Source of the DNA: Patescibacteria group bacterium
GTDB taxonomy: Bacteria; Patescibacteriota; Minisyncoccia; Phycocordibacterales; UBA12079
NCBI GenBank assembly: GCA_018817595.1
Contig: JAHITU010000001.1
Location: 32,109 to 96,108, forward strand
DNA length: 64,000 nt
Direction of reading: 5' to 3'
Position numbers and translations under genes: made by a program. Every line of letters begins with the position of its first letter. The stretch's first letter is position 1. Of this stretch, positions 30,897-41,479 are shown one piece after another. Under the pieces are notes generated by a model. That model was given only the letters and a program-made list of their open reading frames with translations, had not been told where the DNA came from and searched no databases.

Positions 30897-31427
30897 TTAA
30901 TACGTTACCTGCCAAGCCCGTTCTACTCTCTTTTTATTATTAGGATCACAAGTGTTTTGTCCAAAGGATTTAATCAAAGTATCATCATCGTTTAATTTAT
31001 AGATATCAACTTGAACACAAGCTCCAGAAGGGTATGACAAACTAAAATTATTCCTACTACAATTTGCTCCACAATCTTGATTAAAGGAAACAGCAACATC
31101 TTGACCACTGCAATTGATATTTGATAAAGGTGCTGCTGTGTTTGAAAAATTGTCTTCATGAATATCCCAATATAAAGCACATTCCATTCCCCCATCAGCT
31201 GCATAAAAAGCAAATAATGATTCTCTAGCTCCAGAAGATAAAATAACTTCTCTCATCGCAATACCAAAAATAGACAAACCAATTACTAAAAAAACATTAG
31301 CTAGTAGCAAAGCAATCATTGAAACAAATGCTTTATCAGCTCTTAGCTTATAGATATTAGCTTTTAGGAAAAGTTTACTACGTAAATTTTTTATGTTTAT
31401 TATTTTGTTATTTTTAAGGTTTTTCAT
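30897..31427 (-). CDS. PilX-like minor pilin
   Basis: hydrophobic N-helix without Glu5, AFYAADGGMECA. Confidence 0.7.
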   Translation of the reverse strand: MKNLKNNKIINIKNLRSKLFLKANIYKLRADKAFVSMIALLLANVFLVIGLSIFGIAMREVILSSGARESLFAFYAADGGMECALYWDIHEDNFSNTAAPLSNINCSGQDVAVSFNQDCGANCSRNNFSLSYPSGACVQVDIYKLNDDDTLIKSFGQNTCDPNNKKRVERAWQVTY

Positions 31428-31645
31428 TTTATTAGTTTTTTGGTTTCTGTCTTATTATATGGATTGAAGAGATTGCTTCCCTAGTACTTTGAATTAAATT
31501 GCTTACTTTTTATTTTACAAAGCATTTTAGGTTTTTTATTAACTTTATTTATATGGTTGTAACAAAGTACTAGGTCGCAAAGACGAAAATCTACGATTTT
31601 CATTACAGATTTTGCGGAGCAAAATCCGTAACTTTTGACTTTGGA

Positions 31646-31685
31646 CCCGCCTGCCCCTGCGCGCCGGCAGGCGTGGTCAGGCAGG
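31646..31685. repeat. family A 40-bp nested palindrome
   Basis: CCCGCCTGCC-CCTGCGCGCCGGCAGGCGTG-GTCAGGCAGG. Confidence 0.9.
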
Positions 31686-31706
31686 CTTTACAGACTTTCG
31701 ACTCGT

Positions 31707-32237
31707 TTACTGCCAATTCAATAAACGTTCTTTGACTACAAATTGACGAGTATTAGGACCCTCTTGCCAAGACATGGTTACTACTACTTCTAATTCCTTA
31801 TCTGGGATAATTTCATTTATTTCTATTTCCCTTTTAATCAAAGAAACATTTCCAGAGGTATAACCATAAAGATAACTAACTGGATCATATTTTAAATTTT
31901 CACAACCGCTTAAAGAACAAGAAGAAACTGTTTGAGCAGGAGAATCAATCTTACATTTAGTACCAAAATTAGTACAATCAGTCAAACCAATCAACCAACC
32001 TCTATCATTTAGAATATTTGTGTCTCTAACGTTTCTTATGTACTCAATAGCCTCTTGAGCTAAATACATAGCAACTATCTGCCCCTTAGCTATTTTAGAT
32101 ATGGAAAGTCCTTTTGTAACCAAAACTAATGGTCCAGACATAGCAATCAGCAAAACAGTAATAGCAATAAAAGTTTCTATCAAAGTAAAACCTCTTTTAA
32201 GTTTATTATTATTTTTTAATTTTTCAAAATATTTCAT
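31707..32237 (-). CDS. PilV-like minor pilin
   Basis: GFTLIET prepilin motif, LAQEAIEYIRNVRD. Confidence 0.85.
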   Translation of the reverse strand: MKYFEKLKNNNKLKRGFTLIETFIAITVLLIAMSGPLVLVTKGLSISKIAKGQIVAMYLAQEAIEYIRNVRDTNILNDRGWLIGLTDCTNFGTKCKIDSPAQTVSSCSLSGCENLKYDPVSYLYGYTSGNVSLIKREIEINEIIPDKELEVVVTMSWQEGPNTRQFVVKERLLNWQ

Positions 32238-32303
32238 TTTGTTTTTAAAAATTTACGAAGTAAATTTTAACTACCTTCTACATTCCACCTTCCACTTCCC
32301 AAG

Positions 32304-32876
32304 TTAATAGTCTATCATTCTTTGTGAAACAGTTGTCTGCAGATTAAAAAAAGTCCTACCTTTTTCTCTTTCACCAACATATCCCTTGGCAGTAATCAAA
32401 ACCTTTGGTTGAACACCATCCGCTTTAGCAGACCCAACAACCACAAAATAAAGATCTTCTAGAATTAATTCTTCAGAAGTTAGAGGTAAAAATGATACTC
32501 CTGTATCAACTGATTTAAATAATCTTCCATTTTGAAATTTAAAAACTACTTGGTCATTAGATGAATTAATATCACCATTATAAGGTTCAAGTGCAATTAA
32601 ATTTTCTCCTCCTAAACAATCTCTTGTTGTAGATAAATCACCAAGTCCACCACAATGATAATCATAACCAGTTCTTATTTCACGGGACATCATCTCCATT
32701 GCTAAATTTAAATTATTTACAGCTGTTTGAATAGCTTGGGCTTGTTTATTGGCGTTTAAAACATTTAACAAGGCCCCCATTCCAACTACCATAACCATAC
32801 TAAAGAGGCCTACGGCTGTAATCATTTCAACCAAAGTAAAACCCATCTGTAGTCTCTTTTTGTGATTTTGTTTCAT
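32304..32876 (-). CDS. PilW-like minor pilin
   Basis: GFTLVEM, MSREIRTG, LQTTVSQR. Confidence 0.85.
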   Translation of the reverse strand: MKQNHKKRLQMGFTLVEMITAVGLFSMVMVVGMGALLNVLNANKQAQAIQTAVNNLNLAMEMMSREIRTGYDYHCGGLGDLSTTRDCLGGENLIALEPYNGDINSSNDQVVFKFQNGRLFKSVDTGVSFLPLTSEELILEDLYFVVVGSAKADGVQPKVLITAKGYVGEREKGRTFFNLQTTVSQRMIDY

Positions 32877-32889
32877 TTATTTTAATTAA

Positions 32890-33519
32890 TTACATACTCA
32901 ATACAGCTATTTGACCAACTCTATTAACAAAAATCTTTTTTTCTATTCCTTTTGGAGAAATAATTCTAATCTCTGCAGTATCGTATTCTGTCGATGCTAA
33001 ATTAGCTTTAATAATTGCATTAGGGTTAGGTCTTAAAAAGGAAATACTTAGATTATCTATTGAGCAATCCACACCAACACATAGACTGTTAACCTTGTTT
33101 CCTTCAGTTAGTCTTAATCTATCAATTATTTGGTCTGAACCAGAATCATAAAGAGAATTAGGGTTATTTAATGGGTAAATGTCAGCAAAAATTAGAAATT
33201 CATTAGAACTTACATCAAAATAAACACCATAACCCTCAGTAAAGCTAGCATTGGTTTGTTTTACTTGTAACCCATAGGATTGAGCTTGCCTAATAGTTAA
33301 AGAAATTTCGTAGGCTAGATTCTCTATAATAACATGGTTGTTAAATTGAGAATGGTTGAAAAAAACCACCCCAGAAACCAAAACTAAAATACCAATAGTC
33401 ACCATTAATTCAATGAGAGAAAAACCTTGGTTAGCTTTTAGCTTATAGCTTTTAACTTTTAGAGAAAATTTTCTTTGTAATTTTTCTTGAATTATTTTTT
33501 TTTCATTTTTTATATTCAT
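32890..33519 (-). CDS. FimT/FimU-like minor pilin
   Basis: GFSLIEL, IRQAQSYG. Confidence 0.85.
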   Translation of the reverse strand: MNIKNEKKIIQEKLQRKFSLKVKSYKLKANQGFSLIELMVTIGILVLVSGVVFFNHSQFNNHVIIENLAYEISLTIRQAQSYGLQVKQTNASFTEGYGVYFDVSSNEFLIFADIYPLNNPNSLYDSGSDQIIDRLRLTEGNKVNSLCVGVDCSIDNLSISFLRPNPNAIIKANLASTEYDTAEIRIISPKGIEKKIFVNRVGQIAVLSM

Positions 33520-33645
33520 TATCTTAATTTAAAATCATCTTGAACAAAATTTATGACTAAAACGTCTTTAAAATTTGTCCGATCAAAACAGATTTTTGAT
33601 TTATGAAGTAAATTTTTACACATCCAACTCTCTACTTTCCACTTT

Positions 33646-34479
33646 CTATTTTAAAATTAAGCTTAAACCCCAAACATCCCAACCAAAGAAAAAAACAAGG
33701 AGAGTACCTATTATTAAAAACGGAGCAAAAGGTAATTCACTCTTAATTGTAAAGTTTTTAGATAAAAAAGACAATCTTTTTATGTTATTAATTTTAGTTA
33801 AAAAAACTAAAAATAAACCAATTATGGCACCCATCCAAATCCCTAAAATAATAGCAGAGGAACCCTTAACAAGGCCTAAGAACCAACCAATCCCTATAAC
33901 TAATTTGGCATCACCGAGCCCCAACCATTCTCCTTTTGAAATAATCCAGAGAAACACAAAAGGGAAAGCGAGAATAAATCCAGCCCAAAAAAAAGAAAGT
34001 AAGCCAAAACCTTGAAAATTTATAGTAAATAATCTAATTAAAGCAATAAAAGCTAATAAAAAGACCCATAAGTCAGGGATTAATTTATGATACAAATCAT
34101 AAACAAAAATAATAATTAACAAAGAAAAAATTAACCACAATGAAAATAAATCAAAAATACTTAAAAAATCTAGAGTTAATTGAGAATATTTTTCCAAAAA
34201 ATATATTTTGTAACCGAATAAAAACAGTAAAGCCGTGCTAAGCTCAACTAAGGGATATTGCCAAGAAATATTTTTTTTACACTTTAAACATTTTCCTCCT
34301 TGTATCAAAAAACTTATTATAGGGATTAATTCATACCAATTTAATTTTTTGTGACAATTAACACATTCAGATCTTCCCGTTAAAGATTTTTCAGAATACC
34401 TTAAAATGACAACATTTAAAAAAGAGCCTATAATGGTCCCAAAAATAAATATCCCAATTTGCGCAATTAAATTTTCCAT
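33646..34479 (-). CDS. pilD: prepilin peptidase
   Basis: GSFLNVVILR, two CxxC pairs, LGLGDAKL, LPFAPFL. Confidence 0.93.
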   Translation of the reverse strand: MENLIAQIGIFIFGTIIGSFLNVVILRYSEKSLTGRSECVNCHKKLNWYELIPIISFLIQGGKCLKCKKNISWQYPLVELSTALLFLFGYKIYFLEKYSQLTLDFLSIFDLFSLWLIFSLLIIIFVYDLYHKLIPDLWVFLLAFIALIRLFTINFQGFGLLSFFWAGFILAFPFVFLWIISKGEWLGLGDAKLVIGIGWFLGLVKGSSAIILGIWMGAIIGLFLVFLTKINNIKRLSFLSKNFTIKSELPFAPFLIIGTLLVFFFGWDVWGLSLILK

Positions 34480-34656
34480 ATCTAATTATCTAATTATATC
34501 ATATTTTAAATGTTATCTTTCATTTCTAGTGGATTAATAAAAAAAATAATCATTTTAATGAATTTTTTTAATTTAAAATTTACCATTTACAATTTATAAT
34601 TCCTAAGGATCAAAATAAAAATCACCGACTTTAGTCGGTGATTTTTATTTTGTTTT

Positions 34657-35091
34657 TTAGGGTGTTACATCATAACACATATCTACTGCTCCTCCCCCTG
34701 CACAATCAACACTATTTCCATCAAATCCACCTGTTGCGTCATCATCGTCATCAAGTAATTTATTTGACTGTTGTAAAACAGCTCCTAGGTGGTAATCTTG
34801 CCCACTACTTAATTGTGAATATATATAATTTGAACCATCAGGATCTTTTGAAATCTTTAAGAAAGTATCCAATTCCCCTCCGTAGACCCCAGCAGGATAT
34901 GTAGAATTAACATCATAATAAAGTTCCAAAGCTAATTGAATTTGTTTTATGTCTGAAATCCTTCTTCCATCCTTAGCTCTTTCACGAGTACCACTCATAG
35001 AAGTCAAAACAACTGATGACAAAATACCAATAATAGCAATTGCCACCAGAAGTTCAGTTAAAGTAAATCCTCTTTTCAAATTAATTTTCAT
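34657..35091 (-). CDS. type IV pilin, GspG/PilA-like (start revised to MKINLK)
   Basis: GFTLTELLVAIAIIGILSSVVL, RISDIKQIQLALELYY. Confidence 0.88.
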   Translation of the reverse strand: MKINLKRGFTLTELLVAIAIIGILSSVVLTSMSGTRERAKDGRRISDIKQIQLALELYYDVNSTYPAGVYGGELDTFLKISKDPDGSNYIYSQLSSGQDYHLGAVLQQSNKLLDDDDDATGGFDGNSVDCAGGGAVDMCYDVTP

Positions 35092-35104
35092 AATTTCTAA
35101 TTTA

Positions 35105-35539
35105 TTAAGGAGTAGTTGTACACCCGGTTTCAGTACAGGTAATAGTCCAAGCATCTCCTTCAGCAGTTGTAGCTGAATATGCTTCTAATCCTGAAGTTGA
35201 AACTGTAGCGTTGTATGACCAATTGCTAGGCAACACAGGAAAAACAACTGAAGTTCCTCCGCAAAGTTGTGTGGTTCCAGCAGTAGGTGTTCCGTTGAAA
35301 AAAGTGTCTTCATCATTAATACACATAACTAGATGTGGATGTAATGCAGCTAATTGACTTTGGGTTCTTCCTAAACGAGCCTTAGCTCTAGCCCCACCAA
35401 GAGAAACTAAAACAGTCGCAGACAAAATTCCAATAATAGCGATAACAACTAAAAGTTCAATTAAAGAAAAACCATAAGAGACCTTATTATTAAGGTGTTT
35501 CTTGGTCATCCTGTTTTTTTTATTTTTTTGTAAAAACAT
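35105..35539 (-). CDS. type IV pilin
   Basis: GFSLIELLVVIAIIGIL, C-terminal CTETGC. Confidence 0.88.
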   Translation of the reverse strand: MFLQKNKKNRMTKKHLNNKVSYGFSLIELLVVIAIIGILSATVLVSLGGARAKARLGRTQSQLAALHPHLVMCINDEDTFFNGTPTAGTTQLCGGTSVVFPVLPSNWSYNATVSTSGLEAYSATTAEGDAWTITCTETGCTTTP

Positions 35540-35569
35540 AGATAAATAAGTTAATTATATTAACCTTAA

Positions 35570-36046
35570 TTAATTACATCCAGCAGTTAATTTTCCAACT
35601 GGTCCAACAGCAGAGTTAGGTCCAGCATTTAATGTTCCTGAACCATATTCTAGATAGAAACAAATTTGAAAATCTTCTGTTCCTGCTCCAGCTGAACCGT
35701 CAGCTTTACTTACAGAATAATTACAAGCAGCTGTTGATGCACCTGTACAAGCAGTTATACTTTCTGAAGGATCACCATAATCTGGGAAGTTAGAAATATC
35801 TCCAGGTCCTGTACAAATAGATGTCAAAGCATCTGCAGCTGTACAACCTGTTAATGACACATTTCCACTATCAGCTTCAATTACTAAAAGCTTAACCATG
35901 TCCTTTACGTCCTCTAGTCGTCGAGCATCTCTAGCTTTTTCACGAGCTGTTCCTAAGGAACTCAATACTACAGCGGCCAAAATTCCCATGATAGCTACCA
36001 CGATAAGCAACTCAATCAAGGAAAAACCTTTTTGTTTAATATTCAT
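35570..36046 (-). CDS. type IV pilin
   Basis: GFSLIELLIVVAIMGIL, AREKARDARR. Confidence 0.88.
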   Translation of the reverse strand: MNIKQKGFSLIELLIVVAIMGILAAVVLSSLGTAREKARDARRLEDVKDMVKLLVIEADSGNVSLTGCTAADALTSICTGPGDISNFPDYGDPSESITACTGASTAACNYSVSKADGSAGAGTEDFQICFYLEYGSGTLNAGPNSAVGPVGKLTAGCN

Positions 36047-36203
36047 ATTTTTAAAAAATAAATAATTAATAATTAATAATAACTAAATTACAAGACTACA
36101 TAATTTATTAGTTTGTTCTATCATTATAACTCCAAACACATGACAAAAGAAAACAAAGCTGTGGATAAACAAAGATTATAAAAGGTCTGTATAATAATAC
36201 TTT

Positions 36204-37409
36204 TTAAATTGCAGAAGAAATATTGTAAATAGGCATTAATACAGCTGCCATCAGCCCCCCTACTCCAAGACCAAGAAAAACAATCATTGCGGGTTCAATC
36301 ATTCCAACTAATGTATCAACAGCTCCATTTACTTCTCTTTCATAGAATCGAGAAAGAGTATCTAAAATACTACTTAATTCTCCAGTCTCTTCACCAATTT
36401 TTATCATTTGAACCATAATATTGGGAATTTCATCATAACCAGTCAAGGAATCAGCAACAGAAACTCCTGACTTAATAGCTTCCACAGATTCGTTCAAAAT
36501 ATTTTGGTAAACTATAGAATCTACAATAGTTGAGGTTGTTTCCATAGTTTTTACAATTGAAACACCACTTGATAACATTGTTTTCATATTTCCTAATATC
36601 CTAGATAAGTACATTTTTCTATAAAGATTCCCCACATAAGGGACTCTTAATCTAAAATTATCAATTGATAATTTTCCTGCTTTAGTTCGAGAGAACTTAA
36701 TGAACATAAAAACTACAATTATCAAAAGAACAATTAAATAAATACCGTAACTTAACAAAAAATCACTCATACCAATAACTACTCTTGTTAGAACAGGAAG
36801 TTCTTGACCAGCATCGGTTAAAATAAGACTTATTTTAGGAATAACCATAGTAAACATCAAAACCATAACAACAATAAACACAATAACCACAAAAGCAGGA
36901 TAAACTAAGGCATTCTTAACCTTAGATAATAAATTATAACCTCTGTCCAAATGATCAGCTAAAAAAGAAAAAGTTTCATTTAATTTACCTGATTCTTCTC
37001 CAGATTTTATCATGTTTATATAAAAATTAGAAAAAACTTTTGGGTGTTTAGCCAAAGCAATTGAAATTTGACTTCCTCCCTGGATATCATCAGCTACTTC
37101 CTTTAACACTTTTCTTAGAGCAGGGCTTTCTGATTCATCCCCCAGTAATCGGAAAACTCTTAAAGCAGAAACGTGCGACCCAAACAATGTAGATAATTGT
37201 TTAGACAAAATAACAATATCCTTATTAGAAACTTTTTGTAGAAACGTAAATTCTATATTAAAAAGACCTTTACCTTCGGCAGGGTTGATAAATGTGATTA
37301 TGTAACCACGATCTTGTAATGCAGAAATAGCCACTTCTTCAGTTACAGCTTCGATTCTACCTTCTTTTTCTTCACCCTTTTTATCTACTATTTTATATTT
37401 GAATAACAT
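36204..37409 (-). CDS. pilC: type IV pilus platform protein
   Basis: two T2SSF repeats (GEESGKL, GEETGEL), YPAFV. Confidence 0.93.
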   Translation of the reverse strand: MLFKYKIVDKKGEEKEGRIEAVTEEVAISALQDRGYIITFINPAEGKGLFNIEFTFLQKVSNKDIVILSKQLSTLFGSHVSALRVFRLLGDESESPALRKVLKEVADDIQGGSQISIALAKHPKVFSNFYINMIKSGEESGKLNETFSFLADHLDRGYNLLSKVKNALVYPAFVVIVFIVVMVLMFTMVIPKISLILTDAGQELPVLTRVVIGMSDFLLSYGIYLIVLLIIVVFMFIKFSRTKAGKLSIDNFRLRVPYVGNLYRKMYLSRILGNMKTMLSSGVSIVKTMETTSTIVDSIVYQNILNESVEAIKSGVSVADSLTGYDEIPNIMVQMIKIGEETGELSSILDTLSRFYEREVNGAVDTLVGMIEPAMIVFLGLGVGGLMAAVLMPIYNISSAI

Positions 37410-37477
37410 AATATGATTAGTTAAAAGTTTATAAAGTCGAAAGTCTTTTTTTAAAATTTCCGAAGCAAATTTTTACT

Positions 37478-37497
37478 CCTACCTGCCGGCAGGTAGG
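37478..37497. repeat. family A minimal 20-bp palindrome
   Basis: CCTACCTGCCGGCAGGTAGG. Confidence 0.85.
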
Positions 37498-37522
37498 TTA
37501 TAGACTTTATGAACCTTACAGA

Positions 37523-37562
37523 CCTACCTGCCCCTGCGCGCCGGCAGGCGTGGGCAGGCAGG
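37523..37562. repeat. family A 40-bp nested palindrome
   Basis: CCTACCTGCC-CCTGCGCGCCGGCAGGCGTG-GGCAGGCAGG. Confidence 0.9.
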
Positions 37563-37578
37563 CTTTTGACTGTTTCTT

Positions 37579-38640
37579 TTATTTAAAATTTCTATTTAAC
37601 TCCTTTGAACGATATGAATATTTTCTTGCATCTTCTAAAGTTATTTCTCCGAACCTAACTAAATCTTCTAGAGATTTATTCAAGCTCACCATTCCTTCGT
37701 TAGAAGATGTTTCGATAACATTGTGGATTTCAAAAGTTCTCCCTTCTCGAATTAGATTTGCAGTAGCGTTATTATTTATCAATAATTCATACGCAGGAAT
37801 CATACCCCCAGAAATTCTAGGAACCAATCTTTGAGAAAAAATACCTAGAAGAGAAGCTGCTAATTGAATTTTGATCTGGCTTTGTTGTTGGGGTGGAAAT
37901 ACATCAATAATTCTATCAATAGTCTGAGCTGCATTATTAGTATGCAAGGTAGAAAATACTAAATGGCCTGTTTCAGCAGCAGTAACAGAGGTAGAAATTG
38001 TTTCTAATCCTCTCATTTCTCCAATCATCAAAACATCAGCATCTTGTCTAAAAATAGACTTCAAAGCAGTTGGGAAATCCTTCGTGTCAATTTTTATTTC
38101 TCTTTGATCTATCATTGATTTACCTTCTTGGAAAACATATTCAATTGGATCCTCTATTGTAACGATATGTTCAGCCCTAGATTGGTTTATCATTTCTATC
38201 ATAGAAGCAAGAGTTGTTGATTTACCATGTCCCATAGGACCAACTACTAAGAAAAAACCTTGTTGTTTTTGAATAAAATCACCTAAAACTGGAGGTAAAT
38301 TAAGTTCTTCTAGTGTTTTTACTTTCTTTGGGATTAATCTAAGACTTATTCCAATCGATTTCTGAGTAAAAAAACAGGAACCTCTAAAACGAGCATCCCC
38401 CGCTTCAAAAGAAAAATCAATTTCTTTTTCTCTTAAAAACTCTTCTTTATACTCTGGTGTAAGGAGCTGAGTTACAACACCTAAAAGGTCCTCGTGGGTA
38501 ACCACAGGCATAGATTCTAAATAGTGTAAAATACCATGTACTCGTATTACAGGGTGTTTACCTTTAGATAAATGAATATCAGAACCATTTTCTTTTACAA
38601 CAGCATCTATTAAATCTTTTATTAATTTATTATAATCCAT
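37579..38640 (-). CDS. pilT: type IV pilus retraction ATPase
   Basis: GPMGHGKSTT, TIEDPIE, AETGHLVFSTLHTN, ANLIRE. Confidence 0.93.
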   Translation of the reverse strand: MDYNKLIKDLIDAVVKENGSDIHLSKGKHPVIRVHGILHYLESMPVVTHEDLLGVVTQLLTPEYKEEFLREKEIDFSFEAGDARFRGSCFFTQKSIGISLRLIPKKVKTLEELNLPPVLGDFIQKQQGFFLVVGPMGHGKSTTLASMIEMINQSRAEHIVTIEDPIEYVFQEGKSMIDQREIKIDTKDFPTALKSIFRQDADVLMIGEMRGLETISTSVTAAETGHLVFSTLHTNNAAQTIDRIIDVFPPQQQSQIKIQLAASLLGIFSQRLVPRISGGMIPAYELLINNNATANLIREGRTFEIHNVIETSSNEGMVSLNKSLEDLVRFGEITLEDARKYSYRSKELNRNFK

Positions 38641-38807
38641 AAAATTAGTTAAAAGTCCTTAAAGTCAAAAGTCTATAAAGTCAAAATCCACTTCGCGAAT
38701 TTACTATTATATAATTTCAACATAAACTTATTATACTATAAATAAATTTATAAAAATTAAATTGTTGGGGAAAAATCACAAAGTGATTTTTACCACTTTC
38801 GACTCGT

Positions 38808-40553
38808 TTATAGTTTATTCGCTTCTTCAAATGGGATTATTTTTTTAAATGCCTTCATAAAAGCATCTTGCCTCATTGTAATCATTCCTTTGGATCTAAC
38901 AACTTCTTCAATAGAAATAGAATCTGGACTTTTCAAGATCACCTCCTCAATTTCATGGTCCATTTCAATAACCTCGTAAACTCCAGTTCTTCCCTTTAAT
39001 CCTTGTGGGTTATTTTCTGTAGGAGTTGCCTCATAAACATTTTCAGGAAAAACTATATCTTTTTTAAATTCTTCTGGTAAATCTTCAAATGTTTTTTCAA
39101 CAATCATTTTTATAGATCCTTCTATCGGAATAGGTTTACCAGAACCTTCTGATAATTTCCTAACCAGTCTTTGAGCAATTGCGACTATCAATGTTGGAGC
39201 AATTAAATAAGGGTCGACCCCCATTTCTACAAGTCTAGGTATAACACCAACAGCATCATTGGTGTGAATAGTAGATAATACTAAGTGACCAGTTAAAGCA
39301 GCCTGAATAGCCAACCCAGCAGTTTCTTTATCTCTAATCTCTCCCACCATGATTACATCAGGATCTTGTCGCAAGGTAGTTCTTAAACCACTAGCAAAAG
39401 TATAACCAATTTCAGGTCTTACTTGAGATTGACTTACTCCATCAACATTTTTTTCTACCGGATCTTCAAGACTTAAAACATTTTTTCCCAGAGTATCTAC
39501 CTCATTTAATATTGAATATAAGGTAGTTGTCTTACCTGATCCAGTTGGTCCTGAAATTAAAACCAACCCGTGAGATTTTTCTATTCCTCTTTTTATAATT
39601 CCTAGGTTTTTTTCACTTAAACCAATTGTATCCAGTTTAGCTACCCCTCTTGATGATTCCAAAAGACGCATAACCACCTTCTCACCGTAATATGTAGGAA
39701 AAGTTGAAACTCGAAAATCCACCTTATTATTATCAACCATTGCAGAAAAACGACCATCTTGGGGTTTTCTTTTTTCATCCAATCTCATCTGAGCAAGAAT
39801 TTTTATTCTTGCTACTACAGCTCCGTGAATTTTTGCAGGTAAAATTAGATGTGTGTCTAAAACACCATCGATACGAAAACGAACTCTTACCTTCTCACCT
39901 ATATGTTCTATGTGAACATCAGATGCTTCTTCTTCGTGTGCAAATCTTAAAATAGTAGCTACTATTTTTGTCACAGGTGCATCTTCGGTGATAGTAGCTT
40001 CTGCCTGTTGATTCTTTAATTTATCTACTTTACTAACAGCACTACTTATTTTAGCTTCTTCTTCTGTTAATTCTGATTCCAATTCACTTAATGCTTCAGA
40101 AACCTCTCCTCTCAATCCACCATAACCTTCAATAGCTAATTCAAAATCATCCTGGGAAATAACAAACAACTTAAAAGGTAAACCTATTTTAGAAGAAATA
40201 AATTGAATTGCATCACGTGCTTCTATATTGGAAGGGTCTATCATTCCAATTTCTAAAAAATTATCCTCCACTCCCAAAGGAACAAATTTATAATGTAGAG
40301 CTGATTTTTCAGGAACGTATTTCAGAGCTTGATTTGAAAAATCACTAACATTTAAATCTTTATAAGGTAAACTAAAAAACTCCTCCTTTGCTTTGAGAAT
40401 TTCTTTCTTATCAATACCTCTGTTTATTAAAAGTTTATCTAATGTTCCATCTTCTTCATTAACTAAACTTTTTTTTATTTCATCAGATATTTCAGGAGTT
40501 ATTATATTTTTTTTAAATAAAATATCTAAATACGTCATTTTTTTTAATAACAC
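38808..40553 (-). CDS. pilB: type IV pilus assembly ATPase
   Basis: ASDVHIE, PQDGR, GPTGSGKTT, LRQDPD. Confidence 0.93.
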   Translation of the reverse strand: MLLKKMTYLDILFKKNIITPEISDEIKKSLVNEEDGTLDKLLINRGIDKKEILKAKEEFFSLPYKDLNVSDFSNQALKYVPEKSALHYKFVPLGVEDNFLEIGMIDPSNIEARDAIQFISSKIGLPFKLFVISQDDFELAIEGYGGLRGEVSEALSELESELTEEEAKISSAVSKVDKLKNQQAEATITEDAPVTKIVATILRFAHEEEASDVHIEHIGEKVRVRFRIDGVLDTHLILPAKIHGAVVARIKILAQMRLDEKRKPQDGRFSAMVDNNKVDFRVSTFPTYYGEKVVMRLLESSRGVAKLDTIGLSEKNLGIIKRGIEKSHGLVLISGPTGSGKTTTLYSILNEVDTLGKNVLSLEDPVEKNVDGVSQSQVRPEIGYTFASGLRTTLRQDPDVIMVGEIRDKETAGLAIQAALTGHLVLSTIHTNDAVGVIPRLVEMGVDPYLIAPTLIVAIAQRLVRKLSEGSGKPIPIEGSIKMIVEKTFEDLPEEFKKDIVFPENVYEATPTENNPQGLKGRTGVYEVIEMDHEIEEVILKSPDSISIEEVVRSKGMITMRQDAFMKAFKKIIPFEEANKL

Positions 40554-40604
40554 AATTCTTTAAAGAAAAGATAAATTCTATAAGAGGATTCTGGTAACCT
40601 AAAA

Positions 40605-40925
40605 CTATTCATTTAGGGTTACAGCTTCTTCTTCAAAAACAAAATCTTCAAAAGGATTTTCTCTTCCTTTTTCCTTCTCACCTAGTTCTATACTAAAATC
40701 TACCAAACTTGAAAAAACAATTTCATCAAAGAGAGAGTCGTCTAATTTCAAGGATTTTAAAGCCAAGAGTATTTCTAGTGTTTCTTTTCCAACTTCGTTA
40801 ATGTCACTAGTATTAATAGAAACTAATTGAGAAACAGCAGAAGCTTTTCCTAAACCAAAAAACGCCAGTAACAAAATACAGAACAGGATTAAAAGATTTG
40901 TTTTTTTGAATATTTTACTTAACAT
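40605..40925 (-). CDS. pilus-associated protein (PilP-like position)
   Basis: TM plus GRENPF motif; lies between pilO and pilB. Confidence 0.55.
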   Translation of the reverse strand: MLSKIFKKTNLLILFCILLLAFFGLGKASAVSQLVSINTSDINEVGKETLEILLALKSLKLDDSLFDEIVFSSLVDFSIELGEKEKGRENPFEDFVFEEEAVTLNE

Positions 40926-40938
40926 TTTTTAAATTAAA

Positions 40939-41475
40939 TTATTTTAACCAATAAGTTGTGAAATTAAATTTAAACTGATATAAACCAACTTTTTCAGCTT
41001 CAAAAGACAAATTGTTTATATCCATGATTCTTAAACTACTACTTAAATCACCCAAAAAACTAAGGAAGTCATCATAGGATGATTCAATTGTAATATCTAA
41101 ATTTATATTATTGTACTCTTCGACATCTTTCCCTAACAACGCATTCTCTTCAACAGGAGCGCTTACATCTACCCTTCTTATAGTTGCTCCATATTTTGAG
41201 GCTAAGGAATCAATTTCCATTACTAATCTTACATTATCCACATTATCTGGAATAATTTTTTCTAATTTACTAACATTTTCAGGATCAAAGGAATTATATT
41301 GTGACAATAAACTATCCCTTACATTTCTTAATTCTTTCGATTTATCAAGAGCTTCATCATATTGTGTTTTTTTGATTTTCAAAGCTTGAATATTATTAAA
41401 ATTAGGATTAATAAAAAAGAAGAATAATCCTCCAGATACTAATATTAAGAAAAAAGGTAATGCAAATTTAAACAT
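40939..41475 (-). CDS. pilO: PilO-like protein
   Basis: TM, coiled coil, SYDDFLSFL..SLRIMDI. Confidence 0.75.
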   Translation of the reverse strand: MFKFALPFFLILVSGGLFFFFINPNFNNIQALKIKKTQYDEALDKSKELRNVRDSLLSQYNSFDPENVSKLEKIIPDNVDNVRLVMEIDSLASKYGATIRRVDVSAPVEENALLGKDVEEYNNINLDITIESSYDDFLSFLGDLSSSLRIMDINNLSFEAEKVGLYQFKFNFTTYWLK

Positions 41476-41479
41476 ATTA

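Noticed and set aside
33575-34015. 146-aa plus-strand ORF and similar antisense ORFs in the track
   Set aside because: Fully antisense to well-supported genes (here pilD), with no motifs.
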